NCBI GenBank assembly: GCA_963924565.1 | Contig: OZ004608.1 | Span: 25,296,001-25,360,000, forward strand | DNA from: Ascidiella aspersa | Lineage: Eukaryota | DNA length: 64,000 nt | Direction of reading: 5' to 3' | In this document: piece after piece, positions 56,801-64,000 of the stretch | Position numbering within the stretch: the stretch's first letter is position 1 | Layout: the number at the start of each line of letters is the position of its first letter | Translations under genes and position numbers: made by a program | Notes under the pieces: generated by a model | Databases searched by the model: none | What the model was told of the DNA's origin: nothing | Seen by the model: the letters and a program-made list of their open reading frames with translations, nothing else

Positions 56801-59800
56801 TGTTTTTGTAGTCTGAAACATTTCTTTGAGAAATGAAGCAGCTTAATCCGTCGTTATTGCAAAAAGGGAATTTAAAAGTATGTTTTACCCATATTTACTT
56901 ACATTTAAAATCGGCAACTAACAATCAGATTTGCGGGAGAACATATATGTGCTATTGTATTGTATCAAAAAAACAAAAAAAAAAAAAAATACTATTGTAT
57001 TCTAACAGAAAATTTTTGTCACCTCGTACTCCTGCGAAAACTTGAGATTTTCATTTGCCCGCAATCTGTCGACATGTGAACGAAAATCGGCTACAGCAAT
57101 TGGAGGATGGCTCATCATAGCTTAATAAAGTTAAACAAAAAACGCGTAAGAATACGCATCTAGCACTATTATATAGTGAAAAGGTTTTTTTGTTTATTAT
57201 TGCATTGCTGCATTTATCGAAGCTTAGGCTCAAGGGTTAATGGAATAAAAAAACACAAGCAGAGTTTGTTAACTGTTTTTAGCCGTTATTGAAGACAAGA
57301 ATAAATCCTAAACCACGATAGCAAAAATAGACGCTGGCGTCGCACGGATTTGTTGTTTTACATAAAGAAACTTTTATTTAACCGCAATACAAGTTTTTAG
57401 AAGTCACCTGGGGTAAGGCAGTTCTGTCTGCGGAGCTCGACGGGATCGTGCTCAATCTGCTTGCACGAAGACTTGTGCTTGGCGAGCGGCGCGCTGTACT
57501 TCACCTCCTTGTCGCCCTTCATTCGTTTCCTGGCAAACGTAAAAAGGCATCGTTAAAACAAACTTATCGCCGCCGAATTTGCTTGTTCAGTACATTGTGT
57601 ACAGTTTTGCTTAATTGCGCGCAGGAGCTTAACGTTTAAATACCCCACAAAAAACTTAGAACATTTTTAGGCGATGTACAGTGCGCCGCTTTTTTCGAAA
57701 CGCCTAGGTTAATCGGCATGCCGCTACACCTCGAAAAATTTTCTTATTAGAAGGACATCTGACAATTATATGCAACCGGACCCATGTTTTCATGTAGGAA
57801 AGCAATTTTCGTTAAATGAAGCATAGTATAGTTAAAATACTCACCGTTTCGGGCTAAATCCGAGCAGCATTAACAACACAGAACAAGTGTTACGCTCACA
57901 GTAAAAATTGTAAAAAAGAAGGACGTTTAGACAGCGCTGTGCACTTTATATATTAACTGTAATTACACAACACACGGTTTGCATATTCTATGTTCATTTT
58001 TTAATCGCAGCTATTTTTTTCGGGGTGATTTCTTTTTTCGGCCAATATAGATTTCGCGTTATGAAAACTCACCGTTTCAGGCACACCACGACGAGAATAA
58101 GAAGAATGATGACCGCCCCGGCCACGATGGGTCCCACGATCCAGGTGGAGCCAGTCGCGGCGTCCACTATCCCCTCACTGCTGGTGGAAGGGGAGCTGGG
58201 GTCAATCACGCTGAAGGCACCGGAGTAGGGACCGGACGAGAATTTGAGGCCGGTCGGTTTCTGCGACACGAAAAGCGAACCAATAAAAATTTAATAAAAT
58301 TGGGTATTTTGTAAGGTACACTGCACTATATTAACTGACGCTGATACAAGCATGTATCAAAACGTCTTAATCAATATGATATCGACTCACTCGACGTTTG
58401 TTGGGTATTTTTTTCTTCTCTGGCTATATTTTATCATCACTAACCAGTTACGGCCTTTATAGAGTGCTAAACATTTGTTTATTTTAAAAGTAAATTTCAG
58501 AATATCTGTGTAAAAAATGTAATTTTATTCTGAAACTTAGTACCAGCTCTTCGTTATGATTGCCCTGTTAGATATATTAACAGGTAGTTGAAAGTGTGTA
58601 TATGCGAACATTCTCATAAATTTATGTACTTTTTTTTGTCATATGCACTATAAGACGCACGCCTCTGAACAAATAGAAGCGAGTTAAGTAATCTGTAACG
58701 AAGCTTCAGGCCTATCACGAAAAACAGCTTGCGGTCATTAGTGCGAGGATTTGTTTTCACTCATGCGACATTTTAATATGTACGCATGTTTTTGTGAATC
58801 GCAAATTACTTAACACTCACGTCGTTGTGGAGGATTGCCCGTACGAAGACGCGATACTGCGGTCCAGCATCCAGCCGCTTGTTGAGGAAGCCGCCGTAAA
58901 TGCGTCCGTCGCTCACGTTGAACGACTTGCGATCCGACATCGAGGTAAACTCCGCCGCGATAAAAGCCTCCGACTGCATCGCCTTTGGAAAATATCAATA
59001 GGTTAGGTTACTATATATCGGGTTTGGGGCCGAGCTTGTATCGGAATTCGACATTGGAAAACCCGGAGAACTGTAAGTGTATTAGCCATAGAATTAGGTG
59101 TCATTTGTAGCTAAGTTGAAAATGAATAAAGAGTTATTGGAAACGTTCAAAATGATACCTACTTCTGTATGGGCTTTGATATTTTTATCACGTCTTACTA
59201 CAAACTCCAGCCCTTATGCTCCATAAGCTATAGAATTTTGTTCATAAAATATAGCGGAAATACGTTTTCAGATACTGAACAGTCAAGAAAACTGACAAAA
59301 AAGGACACACCCTTTGGCAATAATATCTTTGCAGTTTAATTACGACCAAAAAGATGCTTACCTGTCGTCTCCTTCTTCGTCGTCTTCCTAAACCCTCGGA
59401 ATTGCGCTCCAGACGGTCGTGGCTGATTTGATCCGGGCTGAGGCCGCGTGTGTGCTTGTTCAGGGGAACCACAACAACCGCGTATCTGTGGAAGAAGCAG
59501 GTGTCGGCCCGGGATTAACACAATGAAAAGCGAACCAAGAAATGTCTCTATATATTTAGTGAAAAATTTCCACGTTAGGATATCTGATAGCAGAATTAAA
59601 TCACCATCGGTTTGAGGGCCTGCTTACTTTGGCACGCCGAAAGAGGTCACAGCACCGAACAGTTCAACTTGGACCCGACCGTTTGTGAAGCGCTGTCTCA
59701 CGTTTGGCGAATCGGCGATCAGTTTGCGAGCGGTGCGGGCCAGCGTCCAAGTTATTCCCAGAGGTCTAACGGTGCCTGAAGAAAAATGCAAACAAGTTTT

Positions 59801-62800
59801 ATTGATCACTTAGTCTGTGACTCGTCAGATGTTTACCGGCATAAAACAAGGGTATTTTCATCTTTTATGTTGAACGAACAAGCCTTAAACTGGGATTTTA
59901 TCTCCGGTTGTTTGACAGACTGATCCCTGTCGCCAACAAACAAGCTTTTAACTCACCTCTGTGCATTCCCGTAACTTGTATGGTGAAGTTGTAGGCAGTG
60001 CTCGACATCAAGCCATCGATGTACATACGACTGATTGAGGTTTCCTGCCTCATGGGAGTCACGTCACTGGAAGTGCTAGGGAAGCGAAAAAAAAAACGCG
60101 TTAAAGGTTTCGTAAAAGGTTTAAAAGTGGCTGGAAATTTTAAGTAGTTTTTATTGCCTTTTTCTTTGTTGTACTAAGGAGTCGCTTAGTGTAAGAAAAG
60201 GCTAAAGGTGGATTCAAAACCTTTTTAAATTTTTATGGTCTTTAGCAAAAAAAGTTAAACATTTATGTTTCTTACCGATAGGTGACCATGAAGCTTGGGT
60301 TCTCCACGTCGACCGGCGCCCGCCAATTCAGCCACACTGCGGAGGTAGAGATCTCGATAACGGAAAAGTCGATCACGGTGACGTTGGAAAACGCGTCGGG
60401 GACTTCCCCGTCGTCCACATCAACGATCAACGACGGGCTGCGCGGTCCCTCACCGGCCTCGTTTAAAGCAGCCACTTGAAAGTCGTACCTAAAATCAGCG
60501 ACAATGGTGAAAACTTGTTTTAGGGAACGCAACATGCATAGAAAAAAAAACGTTAAAATCAAATACGTCGGAAAACGTGGTCGCATGACAAAGCAGAGCG
60601 CCGAGAGACCTTTAAAATGAATGTCCGATAATATCGGAGAGAAGCCGATACCTGATGTCCAGTGGCGGTATCCGTACTCGTCCGATATTCCGATATTAGG
60701 GTAGTAACTGGTATCGGTGCCCATTCGATACCAATTTAATATAGGGATTTCGACAATGATTTGTGATCAAATGCAGTGATTTCAAATTATAAATGTAAAA
60801 TAAAAAAAAAATGGTAACTGGAGGTAACTAAACTTTTTCACTTTAAGCAAATCTTTGGCCTGAAATAATTTTTTTTGTTCATAACCTTTTCAATTTCATC
60901 TGTTTGGCATGTTTAACCACAGTAATGACGTCATTGGTATCGGATCAAATGGCGATACTTTTTTTCAAAAATATCTTGTATCGGAATAATGCCAAGTAAC
61001 GGACATCCCTAACCTTTACCAACGACCCGTAAAAACACACCCATTGTCTTTAATCGCATTTTTCGCCAAACTTCGCGATAGGCAGCGGCGCAAACCAACG
61101 AACGAAACTCACTGCTGCTTGGGCAGGACGCCGCTGAACCAGTAGGATGTGGTGGACGACTCGACGCGCTCGTATCTGTCAGTTTCCACAGACGGCTCGA
61201 TGTAGTAGAGCGCGTAGCCGGTCACCGGACCATTGCTCTTGCTCAGCGGAACCTCGGACCAAGTCAGATGCAGAGCATAGGGGGTGATTGACGAGCTGGG
61301 CCCGCTACGACTGGACTCGAGGACCGTACGAGCAGCTAGGTCGCGCGGGGCGAAGCTGGGAATGATCGAAGGCAGGAAAATATCGCGCACCGTCTCAGGA
61401 CCTGGGCCTGCGAAATGGAAAGACGTTAAGAGTGGGTTTAGCCCACATAGAGTCAGGCAAATAATCAATGGAGCGCCTTTAATCGTTGGTTTGGCAATCC
61501 CGACATCCCCGTTGATTCTAAACTTTTGTTTTGTATTCCTAAGAAAAGTAATATTATAAGTTTCACTATTAACTAAACGCCGGGCACTAAAGGAATAGGC
61601 TTGCGTATATAATTTATCAGCTTGAAAACTTGACATTCCTGAATGCGGTTAATAAAATATTGACTGATATTCTAACGCCCTTTACAGACAAAACAACAGA
61701 AATCTGTAATCCACGATAATTCGGCAATTATTTTAAGAAATTTCAAAAAACGTTTCATGCGAAATATTTCCTATACTTGACGAACATGAAGATATGTTGG
61801 GCATGAAAATACATTTTTTATTCAATAAAAACTCAGTCAGGCCGAGCTATATACCTTCTTCGTTAAAGGCTGCTAGAGCGAATTGATAAGTCCAGCCCGG
61901 ATAAACGTCATCGGGAATGAAGCGCAGTTGCTTGCGATCGAACTTGCGGCTTATCCAAGGGTAGCTTTCGGTGCCGAGGAGCAGCGGGTTGTCTGTGCAC
62001 CTAAAAGGTATTGCGGTCAATTTTAAGTGCGCTGTTGTTTTAATTCTACAAAAGTTACACTATTGGTGTTGTAAAGATTTTTTTCGTGGTCGAATATGCA
62101 ACTAATGTTTTCGAACAGGATACAAAAGGAAAAGGATTCAATGACAATTCGACATTTTGAACAAGTCGACAATCCTACATAGAAAATTAGGCTTTTTTCA
62201 GCCTATACATAAATAAGAATATTTGATTTTCTGGGGCACGTGATGGTGCAAACCTGTATCGCAGTTCGAAGCTCATGAGTTCTCCTGCGATCTTGGTCGG
62301 TTCTTCCCAAGTAACGACCACTCGGCCGTTAGATAAACCGAGGATGAGAGTGGGTGGTCCAGGTACTTTAAAACCAAAACAAGGTCTGTGTTTAAAAATC
62401 GAATGGAAACTATTTAACAGCTGTTAAAAAATTGGAAATTGAATTATTTCGTTAGTTACGTTAAAAGCAACTTTTCAAACGTTAAAACATTCGTGACATC
62501 AACACTTACTCTCTCCTCTTGTTGACTCCGATACGACGGCACTGAAGGGGCCTGAACTTTTACTCGTAAATCCTGCTACTCGCACGGAGTACTCGGTCTT
62601 TGGTCGTAGACCGGTAAGAGTATAATCCTGGAAAAAAATAATTTACAAGTGTAAAAAATAAAGTACACATCGCTTAGTATATAATACACAAAAAAAGTAT
62701 ATATCTATTTTTTTTTTCAAAAATTAATGGTTATACCAGTTCTTGATAAATTTAATTGAAACAATGTAAATGCGATTCATTTAATTTCATATCTTAAACA

Positions 62801-64000
62801 TGAATTTGCCACAAAACAATGCAATTTTTCGTAGCACAGAATGCTGCAGTGTGAAGGGAAAACCAATTAGTCGGAAACAAAATTGCACCATCATCAATAT
62901 AGCAAGGGGTCAGTAAAGGGAAGGGGTTAAGGTCATATAAGGGTAAACAGAAACCGGTGGATTCAATGACGGTCCACAGCAGAACGATTACACCAAAAAA
63001 TCATGCTGTTAATTAAGGAAATATCAGCGAAAAAACAATACTCGACAGCCGATGCCGGCGTCGGCAACATGGACGATTAGGTTAAAGCTTGATCACATTA
63101 GTTTTGTATCATGGCCAGTAGTGTAATGCATATTGCTGCCTGCAACTGGGATGCGTCTCACCATTCGCTCAATGCAGAGCTCGTAGCGCTTTCGCGATTG
63201 TCTATTGCCCCGGCACTGAAGACACAAAGTGCACTTAAGAAAAATCGCTGCAATACGCTATACCTTGCTATTGTCACTGTCCGTATTATTGTCACAATAC
63301 GTTTTTCTTATATAAAAATCAATAATCAAATTAGGGGCAGCAGAATACTCTAGCAAAGCTGCTAGCAATTCAGGCCAGACACTATTCAAAGATCTTAAAA
63401 GATATTTATACGCCAGCAAAGGCATTGTCAGAAAATCTTATTAAAATTGAGTTATTTCAACAAGATATACTGACAATGCCTTTGCTGGCGAAAGAAATCT
63501 TTTAAGAACTTTTGATAGTTTTTGACCTAAATTGCTAGCTTTGCATTCTGCTGTTATTGATCAGGAATTAAGATCGACATTTAACCTGTACGGGGAAAGG
63601 TGATTTCCATTATCAAATATTTAGTGCAACATTAATACTATATTTCTCCAGAAAAACGGTATACGCGTTCCTTGGTTTATTTATGAAACGCTAATGGACT
63701 CTTGCAGCAAACGTCGAACAAAATACAAAACAAATACAAAGTAGCTTAACTTTCACAGAAAAAAACTTAATAAGCCAAAAGTGAGCAACATCGCCCAGAC
63801 AAGAGGTAAATCACCCACCAGTCCGCGATTTGGATCCTGGCCAACGAAGTCCTCCATGTAGGTGTTGACGATGCGAGATCTGCTATGCGGTGAGGCCGCG
63901 TACGAGATCTGGTATCCCCGTATCTGGCCGTTGGCCGCCTCAGGCGACACCGCCAGCCAGCGGATACGAATCGCCGAACTGTTTACCGCTTGGAGGTTGA
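50816..64000 (-). CDS. LAR-family (type IIa, PTPRF/PTPRD/PTPRS-like) receptor tyrosine phosphatase, 5' part outside the window
   Basis: About 23 exons: FN3 repeats (64000 to ~59600), polybasic furin-type site GRRRRRRQ (~59362-59390), [24 protein letters not shown] (58073-58260), HDPVELRR, wedge KFSQEYE, D1 with KNRYANV, WPDHGVP and [12 protein letters not shown]2 with KNRLVNI, WPEQ and [10 protein letters not shown], and C-terminus [12 protein letters not shown] with stop at 50816-50818. Confidence 0.95.
57845..57853 (-). other. Candidate 9-nt microexon of the LAR-like gene
   Basis: Minus strand ttgttaaTGCTGCtcggatttAG|CCCGAAACG|GTGAGT; phase 2-2, so it preserves frame between the TM exon and the 57529-57408 exon. 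Confidence 0.6.
60620..61011. mobile_element. MITE-like element of the ccgata/tatcgg family in a PTP intron
   Basis: Similar to 18770-19210; ends in ggacatcccta. Confidence 0.55.
63338..63553. repeat. ~215-bp imperfect palindrome in a PTP intron
   Basis: Perfect 21-bp core cgccagcaaaggcattgtcag (63411-63431) and ctgacaatgcctttgctggcg (63470-63490); pairing extends out to cagcagaat and attctgctg. Confidence 0.85.

Overview
AT-rich, intron-containing animal genomic DNA; compact introns and gene content suggest an invertebrate chordate such as an ascidian (inference only). I assembled exons by hand from GT-AG sites and frame continuity. In order: (1) a 5'-truncated CNBD2-like gene (+, <1-9317); (2) a secreted lectin joining a collagen stalk and coiled-coil neck to an intelectin domain (+, 10520-15220); (3) three closely spaced minus-strand genes: ADISSP/C20orf27, TMEM19 and a 5-exon AhpD-like peroxidase with a predicted mitochondrial presequence, which the ORF track almost entirely misses; (4) a tandem pair of divergent SLC2A/GLUT-like transporters, one intact and one pseudogenised; (5) the 3' part of a LAR-family receptor tyrosine phosphatase (-, 50816->64000) with a candidate 9-nt microexon. 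Non-coding DNA holds hAT-type non-autonomous elements with 8-bp TSDs, minimal hammerhead-ribozyme motifs of the Penelope type, foldback hairpins, a tandem array and local duplications. The strongest novelty candidates are the AhpD-like enzyme and the collagen-intelectin fusion.
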